Part shown: piece after piece, positions 49,745-60,053 of the stretch
Position numbering within the stretch: the stretch's first letter is position 1
How the letters are laid out: each line of letters opens with the position of its first letter
NCBI GenBank assembly: GCA_008632985.1
Contig: QPGO01000035.1
Span: 545,899 to 609,898 of the forward strand
Reading direction: 5' to 3'
DNA from: Psammoneis japonica
Lineage: Eukaryota
Length of the DNA stretch: 64,000 bases
Made by a program: the position numbers and the translations under genes
The notes under the pieces: model-generated
The model's input: only the letters and a program-made list of their open reading frames with translations
Told to the model about the DNA's origin: nothing
Databases searched by the model: none

Positions 49745-50832
49745 GGGACACACGGCATTTTGTCGCATTTGGCAACATTTTCTTAAATGAATTGATGATT
49801 TGTCGCGAAAAGACGTGAATTGCGACAAAATGTCCGGGTTGGCGACAAACGGGACAGAAACATTGTTTGATTGAGTTGCAAAATGATCAATGTCATCATT
49901 TGTGACCAACCTGAACTTTGGCGATGTCGTTTCAATGAGTTGGGCAATTGACAGAATTTGGCGATCGATGTCATCGACGAAAATTCATCCGACAAAATTT
50001 GTCGTGTGCGACAAATTTTGTCGCATCCGACAAATTTTGTTGGACATCCAAGAAATTTGTCGGATGTCCGACAAATTTTGTCGGCGTGCGACACAACACG
50101 ACAAGACAAGACACGACACGACACGACACGACACGACAAGACAAGACACGACACGTCACGACACGTCACGACACGTCACGACACGACGACTCACGAACGA
50201 AACACCCACGCCCCCCGCACACGCCAACCGCTAACGTCTCCGTTGACACTGCCGGCATGTCTCTTTTGCATGATGATGCAAAGCGACGATCATCCGCTCT
50301 CGGCGGTCTCCATGCTCTCGTCAATGCCGGGACAACATCGTACGCTTCTACACAGTGCAACGGAATGTGCCGGCATGTGTTGCTGCGCTGCACCTTTCAT
50401 CAGCGCGACTGGGCACTTCTGAATGTTGGGGAGCATTGCGTTGTCGGCATGTCGCAAATGTCCATCTGTCGGCATTTGTTGGCTCTTGTCGGCGTTTGTC
50501 GTACGTTGTTGGGGTTTGTCGGGGCTTGTCGGGGTTTGTCGGGGCTTGTCGGGGTTTGTCGGGGTTTGTCGGGTGCGACAAAATTTGTCGTATCCGACAA
50601 AATCGCCAAAACATTGGTCAACAAGTGCAGTCTTCGCCGAAAGTTAAATTCATCATGTGGCACTGCAGTTGACACAACGTTTGTGTTTAGGACATGCCAT
50701 CGCCAATTAAATGATGATTTTGTCTTGTTTATCGCCAACGGTTGAAATTTGTCTCAAAGGGCGTTTTTCACGACAAATCGTCCAATTCATTTGTGGGAAT
50801 GTCACAATTGGCGACAAAATGCCGTGTGTCCC
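49745..50832. mobile_element. Non-autonomous TIR element (~1.09 kb) with internal CGACA/TGTCG arrays, nested in LINE
   Basis: Perfect 22-bp termini GGGACACACGGCATTTTGTCGC / GCGACAAAATGCCGTGTGTCCC, longer imperfect TIRs and a near-TSD TGCT/TGTT. Removing the element plus 4 bp restores EPTT-WWHSESDDR. Tandem arrays at ~50090-50190 and ~50510-50573. Confidence 0.88.
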
Positions 50833-51373
50833 TGTTGTCGGTTCCTGCATCCATTTTTCGAGAGGTCTCCGAAGTCGGAGTTGCTGGTTCCTGCCTGTGG
50901 CTAGGAAACTTGTTGTCAGTGCTTCTTGCCACAGCCGCCAGCACGGTCGAGAGGGACATCCTGCCTTCGGCCAGTTGTGCGTTGTCTGACAAGTTGCCGT
51001 GCCGTGCCAATGATCCAGAAGCATCCTTCTGCCATCTCCTGTCACTGCATCCGACAGCCGCACCGCATTCAGCCACATTCTGCGCAGGTTTGTCTTTCTG
51101 AGATGATCACCTTTGCAGCCGTGTGCTTCGAATGCTTCCATCAGAAACTTGTCATTTTGCCGCAGCAGTGGAATCGAGGTCTTCAGTGCGAGCAATTCAA
51201 TCGAGTGTGATGAGCAGAGTTGCCAAAGTGATTTGATCCAGGTCTTCGTGGCTAAAATTGCGAGTTTGTTGCAGTCCAGGGAGAATGCTCTGTCTCCATG
51301 CCCGAGTTCAAGTGTCATTGTCTCGTGTGCATGTTGCATCTCTCTCCCTGTCATCGACGATGAGTCCATTTGT

Positions 51374-51762
51374 GACGGGCTCCAGTCCCAGGTGGGACTT
51401 TTTGTGACATTTGCCCCACAGAATTCTGCGTGCAAGCTCTGTAGTTCGTACTCTGGCCAATGGACATGTTTGTCTTCGACATAAAAAAAACGGCCAAGTT
51501 TGCAGCACATCTGTCCCTGTTCGCACTCGAAGTTTTGGATGACACGCCTGCCCTGCGCCATTCTTAAGACACTCGAGAATGGCATAGAAGAAAAAAATGT
51601 TAAAAGTTGTTCAATGGACAGCCTGACAATTGCACCATAAAATCATGCAAAATTTCGCCAAAATCACGTAGAAATGTACGTGCGCGACATACGATGCGAT
51701 TCAAAAAACTGTCGATGTCACAGCTCAGCAGTGCGAGGTCCCACCTAGACCTGGAACGCGTC
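51374..51762. mobile_element. MITE, family A-related subfamily (389 bp), partly TpA-mutated, nested in LINE
   Basis: Ends GACGGGCTCCAGTCCCAGGTGGGA / TCCCACCTAGACCTGGAACGCGTC and TSD TTGT. Removal restores FLQQ-MDSSS. Confidence 0.9.
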
Positions 51763-52350
51763 TTGTTGCAAAAAGACAGCAACTTTTGCAATCCCTTGTT
51801 TCACAAAGAGTTCCAACAGGCCAAGTCCGTTAAATCGTTTGGGCGCAAAAAGAATTTTCTTCGGGAATGACCGAGGACAACCCACAGCCGGCAGTGCCAC
51901 TTCGTGCAGCGGTTTCTCTGTTCACTGACACTCAGCTTTCGCAAGAGATGTGGCAGCCAGTGGATGTTCAACTGATTTCACAATTCCGCCCGTCAGAGAA
52001 AACCAGGCCTCCGTTCGGTTTAAATGTCCGCATCGCACTTGATCCACCCATTTTCCCACTTTCATCGCCATTGCCTCGATCTGCGTGTCCGAGTTCCCTT
52101 CTAGCGCAATGTGCACACCCAATGTCTCTCTAGCTTCTGACACCTCCATTCTCTCTGCCGTTCTCCTGTTTCCCTCATGATCCAGTGGGGTGATGTCGCC
52201 GGGTGATTCATCCTTGTTCTGACAGGTCCAGCGGTCATTTACCCACTTGAAGGATGCGAGGGACCAGTGGCTTTTCTCTGGTGCAAGTGCACCTCCTGCA
52301 GCCCTGATTCCTCCTTCCCAACAATTGGACATCTCTTGGATCTCCTGCAG

Positions 52351-52785
52351 CATGCCTCCCCACTGGACAACACGGCGAGACCATGCACAAGCCTCTTGTG
52401 CGTGACAACGCAGTGTGTTGTCAACGCGCACCTGGGAAGCACGACCACAGGAGGGTGTGGCTCCAGGTCTTAGGAAATTCCAGAAGGATGCTAAGAGAGC
52501 ATCCGTGTGAAGCACACTAGCCCGTCGTCTGGCCCACGATGGCAGCGTGATTCCACACGATGACATCACTCGTGCACAGCGCGTGATGGCTTGATTCGCA
52601 CAATCCACAATGCGAACACACAATCGATTTGATGCGATCCAAATGCGAACGAACAGGGATTTGGCAAGATTCCCTGTTCGCACTGTCCCACTTTCTCTGC
52701 TCTAAACTGGCTCACAATTTTCACAGCGACAAAGTCGCAACACATCTTCTTTTTCAGCGCCTGGCACATGCATGGGGCACTCCAT
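52351..52785. mobile_element. ~435-bp insertion of unknown type just after the LINE RT FVDD motif
   Basis: ORF2 homology stops at STCEDVL and resumes in the same frame at LQEIQEMSNCWEGG. Flanks CAG/TAG (or CAT/CAT) suggest a 3-bp TSD. TIRs are weak. Confidence 0.6.
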
Positions 52786-55700
52786 TAGAACATCTTCACA
52801 CGTTGAGTCATCAGAGCCCGGAAAGCATGGAAGATCTGTGTCATCGACAAACATGCAACACACATGGTGGTGCGCGTTCTTCGAGATTGGTGTTGTCGCT
52901 CGGATGCCGCAGCCGTCTGCTTTGAGCACATTGATCATTGGAATGCCAACCACGAGCCAAATGGCTGGTGCAGCTCCATGGCCTTGAAAGATTCCTTGCA
53001 ATGGGATCTCGATGGCACCGTGTGGTTCTTCCGAGTCCCCGCACGCTGTTCTCATGCAGTGCTGCATCTGCATGAGTGTTCCAAGCATCATGAAAACCTC
53101 ATCTTCTCTGGCTCCAAACCTTCTCATGCATGGTGCTGCCACCGCATGCAACATTCGGTCACAGCACAATTTAGCGTCCGTGCTGTTGATGGCTCCTGGT
53201 TGATGTGATTGGCAGAACATGTCTCCCGTGAGTGCCTTGTTGAGAGCACAGAGAATTGCTCGATGTCTCTTCCTGCTTCCGCACGCTTCCCATGGAACAG
53301 CTCTGCATGTCTCGGCATTGTTGACAAGAGCCCGTGCGATGTGCTTGTTCATCTTGTCACACATGGCGTCGAACAATGCAATGATTTGAAGTTTCTTAAC
53401 GTGTGATGAGTCCATTTTCTTGGGGATCATGACATCTGCCGCCTTTGTCCAACACTCAGGTGCGTGTCCATGCTTGGCCGGAATGGCTGACACACATGCG
53501 TCAAATTCCACCAGAGTCTCGTCTGAGCAACCTGCCTTGTAGTCCGAGAAGGTCAGTCCGAAGGGGCTGCTGGTTGTGTGACCTTTCATTTTCTTCCAGC
53601 CAGTGACATGCTCCTCAGTGGTGCATTCCAAATGAATTTCCGGAAGTGGTGGTTGTGGACGCTTGAGCTGTTTGATGTATTTTGCTGCATGTTCATCCAC
53701 TCCTGGAGGAATGCTGTGGGTTCCCTCCAGTGCTCTTTTTGCAGCTGGAGTGTCCAAATTGCAGCCGAAGTCTTTGAGGAGAGGGTCCTTCATGAATGGA
53801 ACCGCATGCTGACTTGTCCGTGTTTGGCTGCATCTCGATCGTCCTTCACCCTTGCATGCCTCTTCCATTCCATCTTTTGTTGAGAACACCTTGTTGACCC
53901 CGTTGGGTCCTGGTGCCGTCACTGTTTGGAGAGCCGGTCGAGGTTTGCCAGTTGCTCGTTTAATGCAACTGAACATTCTCTTTTGTCGACAGCTGTGCCG
54001 AACAATTCTTTCCTCTTTTTCCTGGGTCGTGCCTTTTTCTTCTGCTGGTTTCGCGCAACGGATCTTGAACTCGTCTTGTCCAAGCTTTGCAGCCTTTTTC
54101 TTCAGTTTGTGATGTCTTTTCATTGCCATTTTATGTTCTGCCAGTGCTTGATGGGGTCGAAGTCGAAGCGCATCCGTTCTTCCTGTGTGCTGCACACGTC
54201 TGTTGATGATCTTCATGCTGACTCTCCGAAAATGGTGCAGCTTGTACACCAATCTCCATAAGTGAATCTCTTTCCTCGCTTTGTTGATGACGTTGCTCGA
54301 TTCGACCTCGTTCATGTGGAGCTTCCTGCATTGTGCTTTTGCCTCCAGCCTTGTTTGATGGTTTTGTTGGAAGATCCGCTTGTGTTCTTGTTGTTCTGCA
54401 AGTCCAAAAACGTCAGAGTTTTCCAATCGAATGGCTCTTCGCAGCAGATCATGTTTCAAGATTTCTGTCACCACGAGCTGCACGCACTTCTTTACAACTT
54501 TTGGGTCGCCTAATTTTCCTGCCAGTCGGTCTGAGATAGTCTCCGAGAGCTTCGGTGGATTGAAGCCCAGTGCACCAGGCTTTGAAATGTCAATCCATAA
54601 AAGGCGGTGGTCAGAGGTGCAGTCGAATTCTCCGAAACCTGTCATTCCTGCCCTGGTCACCTCCAAGGCTGGCGATGTCAGAATGGCATTGACCGGCATG
54701 TTAGAACGATTCTTGTCGCATGTTGCCACTGCTGGAAGATCCGGATGCGTGGTCTTCAGTGCGTCGATCAGATGAAGAGTCCTGCACCATGCAGTGAAGC
54801 TTGTCCCTCGAACATTTTCATTGAAGTCGCCTCCAACTGCTGTTGGGTCACCCTCTTCCTGCCATTTCTTGATGTGATGCACCAAGTCTTCTAGCACCAC
54901 TTGTCGTGGACAGCGCACATCATCCTTGGAAAGGAGGTGTGTTTCTTGTTGAGAGTAAACTCTGCCAGGATTAGCTTGGGTGTCTCTAACTGGTCGACAG
55001 ACAGTGACGATCCTTGTGTGAATGCCTGATTTGCCTTGCAGTCTCGCCCATGTCCATCTACCCAGTCCCGACGGGTCTTCACCACTCAAAATTAGGTGGT
55101 GGTTGACATGTCTGGTTCATAGATGTCCCACCCCCCCGCATTGCCTTTTGTTTTCTGTCGAGTGGTGCTTGTTTGTTGTGACGAGAGTGCCATGTTTTGA
55201 GAGGCTCCTCCAGCGGTCTTTCCATTGTTTGTGTTTAGGAATTCATCTGAAGTTCAAGTTGATCTCTGTCAAGCCCATGAAGTCAGAATGTTGTTCAGTG
55301 ATCCAGTTCATCATTCCTTCATGCTTGTCCTCAGCAGAAGGTGACACTGGAAGCCCACCAACATTGTGGAAAGCAATTCTGATGGCATTGTGCCATTTCA
55401 TCAATGTGCTGTCACCCCAAGCCTCATCCAATTGACGACCAGCAGTTCCTTGATTAACGTCCTCCTTTTGCGGCAGTCGTCGTGGCCGCTGAGGACGGCA
55501 GGGACTGGGGATCTTGACCCGCTCCCTCGGCCTGAGAGCTGGGATGGTCTTCCAGGTGTCCTTGCTTGGGATCCTTCTGGGCCAGACCATTGTCTTGGTC
55601 TTTTGCTGCTCGTAGCTTTTCCAATTCTTGAACTGGCGCTTCGTTCATTTCTTGCACCTCCTTTAGTTTCGCTCGGGTTGAGGGCGTGGTTTTGACAGAT

Positions 55701-57905
55701 GCGTCCTCCTCTTGTTCACACTCGTGATGATTCTCCAGATTTGCCAGATCAAAGGTTGCCGAACGTCTCGTGGCGGATGCATGCTGTGTGTCATTGTCCT
55801 CATTTCTGAGATGACCAACAGATTCCACATCAGCGGCTTGAGCCAGTTTTGCAGCAACTTCCTGTGCTGCTGCAAGTGGGCCTTGTGTTTCCTTCTGCCT
55901 GCCTGAATCTTTCTGAGCGTTCCCATCAGAAGACTTCCGTCTTTCTGTTCCATCCATTTGTGCTTTCTCGTTGGTCCGCTGTTCCTCCACACCCCATGGA
56001 TCTTCCTTGATCATGTCTGACAGCATTTCACTGTCCTCAGACGTTGTGAGTCCAGTTTCTGGATCGCATTCCGAGTTCTCGCACATGGCGATCCCTGCAG
56101 CCGTGAACCATGGTTCTGCTGATGCTCCGCAGACATGCAGACATTCTGGGGCGACGTTGTCAATCATTTGTGAGACTTGGTCCACCGATTTCCTTGGGAA
56201 TGTCATCACATGATCGCTCGGTCTATTCCACTTGACATCCAGGTGATGGATCAAGGGAATGATCTTGTCCAGATTGGTGGGATCCGGCATCCGTTTCTGC
56301 ATGAGATGCTGTCGTAGTGTCATCTCTCTACCAGTGACTCGCATCTTGTGGTCCGGATTGTCAAGAAAGCTGAAATCAAGTTGTCCAATGACTTTCTGGC
56401 AAAAGAAGTGTTGTCGTTTTTGAAGCTTGTCGATGTTCTCCTTGGTTTTGTCTGAAGCGCACTGCGTGGTGGGGTTCGAGCAGCACGGAACAAAGCGCAG
56501 CTCTGGTCCCAATGCCTTCTTCCTGGCACCAACCCTCCACAGTCGTTCCACCGCCAGCTTGACTTTGTGTGCCTTGCTTGACTCGACAACAATGTGAAGG
56601 GCTTCCGGATTCTTGTTTGGCACATTTCTGTCAAAGGTGGGTCGTTTTCCATCCTTTCCCGCTGTGGATCTCCATTGAATGCCAAGGCTGTCGTAGTCTC
56701 TGCCCAAGCCAAGTGATTTGCAGAATTGTCTGTGCAGTGTTTGCTCACTCATTGTTTTGGTGCTCTGATGTGACCATCCGATGCATTCAAAACGGGTCAA
56801 TTGACAAGGCACAGGGTTGCGTCCAATGGAGAATTTGCCTTTTTCCATGTCTGCAAACATTCCTGAAAGTTGCGAGCCATGGTTTGCCACAGTTCTGGGA
56901 CTGCAATCTTCTGCCACCTGGACAAGGCGCAGCTGACAGCATGTTGTGTGTTCGGCGTCAACTCTTGGATTGAGATGGTCCACCCCCAAGAAGGCACTTG
57001 GCATTTCTCTTTCCTTTGCCAGTCCTTCTGGAACATCTTCTGGAGAGGCCAGTTCTCCGAAAGTGTCCTCAAGATCAGGATCCCATGTGCCAATTTGGAC
57101 TTCTTGTCCAAGCATCTCTTGCATGATCGTGGGTGCTTCTCTTGGTGCGGAGGCCACTGCTTTCAGGGGCTTTTCGGATGGTGGGATGGTCAGGAATGCG
57201 TTGTGATGCAACTGACTCCAGGGAATGCCTTCAGCATGGTCAGTGTCTTCATCGTCATGTGGTGTGTCGGTTTGTTGCGACTCTTTGTCGTTCGTCTCTT
57301 CTTCATTTCCGTCATTTTGTAGAGTGTCTGTTTGCTGAGACTCTCCTTCATTGTTTCCTCCTCGTTTTCTTCGTCGGATTCCGTCGAATGATTCTCACTT
57401 GTAAGATGTTGAAAGGTTTCCTCTTCGTCTGAGGATTCTTCATGCATGTGATCTTCTTCTGTGATTGCAATTTCCGCCGGAGCGATTGCCTTTGAGTTCT
57501 CGTCCTTTTTTGTTTTGCCTTTGAGTTCTGTTTTTCCTGCTTCGCGCAAAGGTTTTTCCAACGTCAGGTGCAAGTTTTTTCTCCTTGTTGTTGTCTTCCT
57601 TGGTACGTGAATTTTGCGTAGAATTTGTACGAGTGTTCTTGTTTTTTACGGTCGTCCACTCATTGCTCTCATTATCCATTTCCTCGTTGTGAGATCTTTC
57701 AGTTGTTTCGTTTATCTGTCCTTGTCTCCTTTGCGTGGAGAGATGTTTTTCTTTCCGCCGGTGCTTCTGCGTTTTGTGCCTGCCATTGTGCGATTTTTTT
57801 AGCTTGTTGTTTGTACGTACGTGCGAGTTATCCACAATCCACACATCACACCATGATGGATGATGGATCTGGATCTTGCCACATCCCTCGCTGGATCCGC
57901 CAGTT

Positions 57906-58787
57906 ATGAATGTGCTCGAGAGTCAGCTAAGATCTAAGGCTGGGAAATGCCTTGACCATTGTGAGGATGCGTTTGTTGCAACTCGTGACTTTGTTGGCGT
58001 GGTCGATGGAGCTACAAGCGTCACGGGTCGTCGGTGGACGGCGGACCAGCTCACGGGTGGCCAGTGGGCTGCACGCATTCTTTGCGAGGCTATCCAAGAA
58101 AATCTAACCCATGACATGAGTCCATCTGAAATTGTAGAGACTCTGACGTTATCCTTGTTCCAGGCATACAAGCAAGAACGCGGAGCACTCAAAGTTTTAC
58201 AAAAACAACCGGAACAACGTGCATCAGCGTCGCTCGTTCTGTATTCCAGACATTTGCGTCAAGTAATTCAGGTTGGGGACTGTCAAGCCGCCTTTGTAGA
58301 CCATACCGGAACGATTGTTAAACGTCTAGAGAATTCAAAATATATCGATAGAGTCACGGCAGAGGCCAGGGCCATGTTTTGGCAGGCAGAAAAGCTCATG
58401 TTTTCCAATGGACTACAAAGCTACAATCGCGACCCTGGCCGCGACTTGATCCAGCCTTTGTTGGTTCGACAGTATCAGTTTCAAAACAACAAGCACGCTC
58501 CTCAACCTTATAGATACTGGGTTCTGGATGGCTTTCCAATCGAGCCCGAGGGCATTATGGTTCATAATGTTCCTTCCTCTGTGAAACACGTTATTCTCGC
58601 TTCGGATGGATATCCGACCTTGTTTTCAACTCTTCAAGAAACAGAGCAACATCTCTCGAATTTTCTCAAGGAGGATCCAATGATGGTGGGACGATACAAA
58701 GCGACCAAAGGACTTGTCGATGGAGCAGAATCGTTTGACGATCGTTCGTTTGTTCGGATACAAATTGAGTGTCAGGATATTTCTTGA
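57906..58787 (+). CDS. PP2C/PPM-fold phosphatase-like protein, intronless
   Basis: CEDAFV, VVDGAT, QVGDC, ILASDGYP and FDDRSFV match the Asp-containing metal-binding motif order of PPM phosphatases. Confidence 0.78.
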   Translation: MNVLESQLRSKAGKCLDHCEDAFVATRDFVGVVDGATSVTGRRWTADQLTGGQWAARILCEAIQENLTHDMSPSEIVETLTLSLFQAYKQERGALKVLQKQPEQRASASLVLYSRHLRQVIQVGDCQAAFVDHTGTIVKRLENSKYIDRVTAEARAMFWQAEKLMFSNGLQSYNRDPGRDLIQPLLVRQYQFQNNKHAPQPYRYWVLDGFPIEPEGIMVHNVPSSVKHVILASDGYPTLFSTLQETEQHLSNFLKEDPMMVGRYKATKGLVDGAESFDDRSFVRIQIECQDIS

Positions 58788-60053
58788 CGACAATGCTTGC
58801 CATCTCTCTTCAGAAATCACCAGGAGTATATATTGCTCTGAACGGTATAGCTTGTCCTATCAACACTTTTCACTTTCGGGATATCATCGCTCGGACCACA
58901 AGCAAGTCAAAAACCCGCCGACTTTCTGACCTGCTCGTTGAGTCAGCCACAGGCTCGTAGTGGCGCCCGTTGCACCCAGTATCATCCACACCCATGTGCC
59001 CACTTCGGAAGACAAGAATTGATGTATCATAGAAGATGCGAACGTGATCGCTTTTGCTCAGACGGGAAAAATCTTTTTTCTTTTCGACATACACTAGGCC
59101 TTTGATTTCTAAATAAGTCATCCCTGGTGTAAGTCCTATGATTATCCCTCCATTTTTTTCTTTCTTGTGCTATGCCTTACGAAGTAGGTACACCGGCGGC
59201 GTCTCTATTACGCATCTTTCTATTCGTCCCATGATTATTGATACTGTATCGCCCCTCTATCGTGAATGCCCTATCAACTCGTTCTATCCCGTATCTGCTT
59301 CTTTCTTGCACTGTGCCCCTTACCGCATTGCCTTTGGCCGCAGTCCTGGTGCACACCAAATCTCGATTTCGTTCCATGACCACACCGCATGCCCAACGGT
59401 ACTCTCAAGAGTGGAAGAAGATCCCGTCAACGGTGTCAGCTCACATTCCATCCTAAATGCGTGTCTGAATCGGCCACCCCACCCAAACGGAGCTACGTGT
59501 GGAGCCTGCCCGACAAGTGTTGCTTTCTGACTTATTCCATTCCTCAGCCGTGAATCGTTCCGAGGTAATCGTACCGTCAGAAAGTAGCAAAAGAAGGGGG
59601 CGCGTTTAGGACATTTTTCTGAACTTACAAATCACAAGCACACTTTCTCTTCAACAGTACTGACCTGCGGTTGCGTTGATCAACTTTATTTTGGATAAGG
59701 AAAGACCATGCAGGACAGAATAGAGGACAATGAAAGATCAAGACATGAAGAGGTACATGGACGAGAGGCAGAAGAAAAGGTTTAGCACATTGTCATTAAG
59801 GAATGCAAATCATTTGAAACGCTTGGTGTTCCCCAGAATACTGACCTAACGTCTTCACTTTTGATCTCGACAAGAGTAGTTGATGAGTATGTTTCGAGTG
59901 AAGGCAATGCACGACAGAAGAGGGCAAAAGAATTCATACAGGTACAAGAGGGCGAGAATTCAAACAGGATAAAGATTGGTAATAGAATCGGGCAAAACTA
60001 TTTTGTCTGGGGAATCGTCCGTTGGAGTGCTCATCAAAGGATTGGGAATCTTG

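Larger units (their letters stand above)
47415..57829 (-). mobile_element. Full-length non-LTR retrotransposon (Ambal-like architecture: ORF1 + ORF2 APE-RT-RNase H), hypermutated, with four nested insertions
   Basis: 19-bp TSD ATCCACAATCCACACATCA (47396-47414, 57830-57848) and an (ATTGA)n tail. APE motifs FHNVGG, GLTEIN, GGDFNE, SDHR. RT motifs DAKLCCDR, QGHGAAP, FVDD. RNase H motifs VVDGS, ELGG, ACDCD, VEGHKD, NVEMDLLAK. Cys motif CPRC..H...C. The clade assignment is inference. Confidence 0.92.

Noticed and set aside
50090..50580. CRISPR-like or telomeric repeat arrays
   Set aside because: These are short tandem units without unique spacers, internal to a TIR element; no cas genes are present and the context is eukaryotic.
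58870..59980. Small multi-exon gene between the PP2C-like gene and CDC20
   Set aside because: Splice-like signals are present on the minus strand, but I could not assemble a convincing reading frame or domain.
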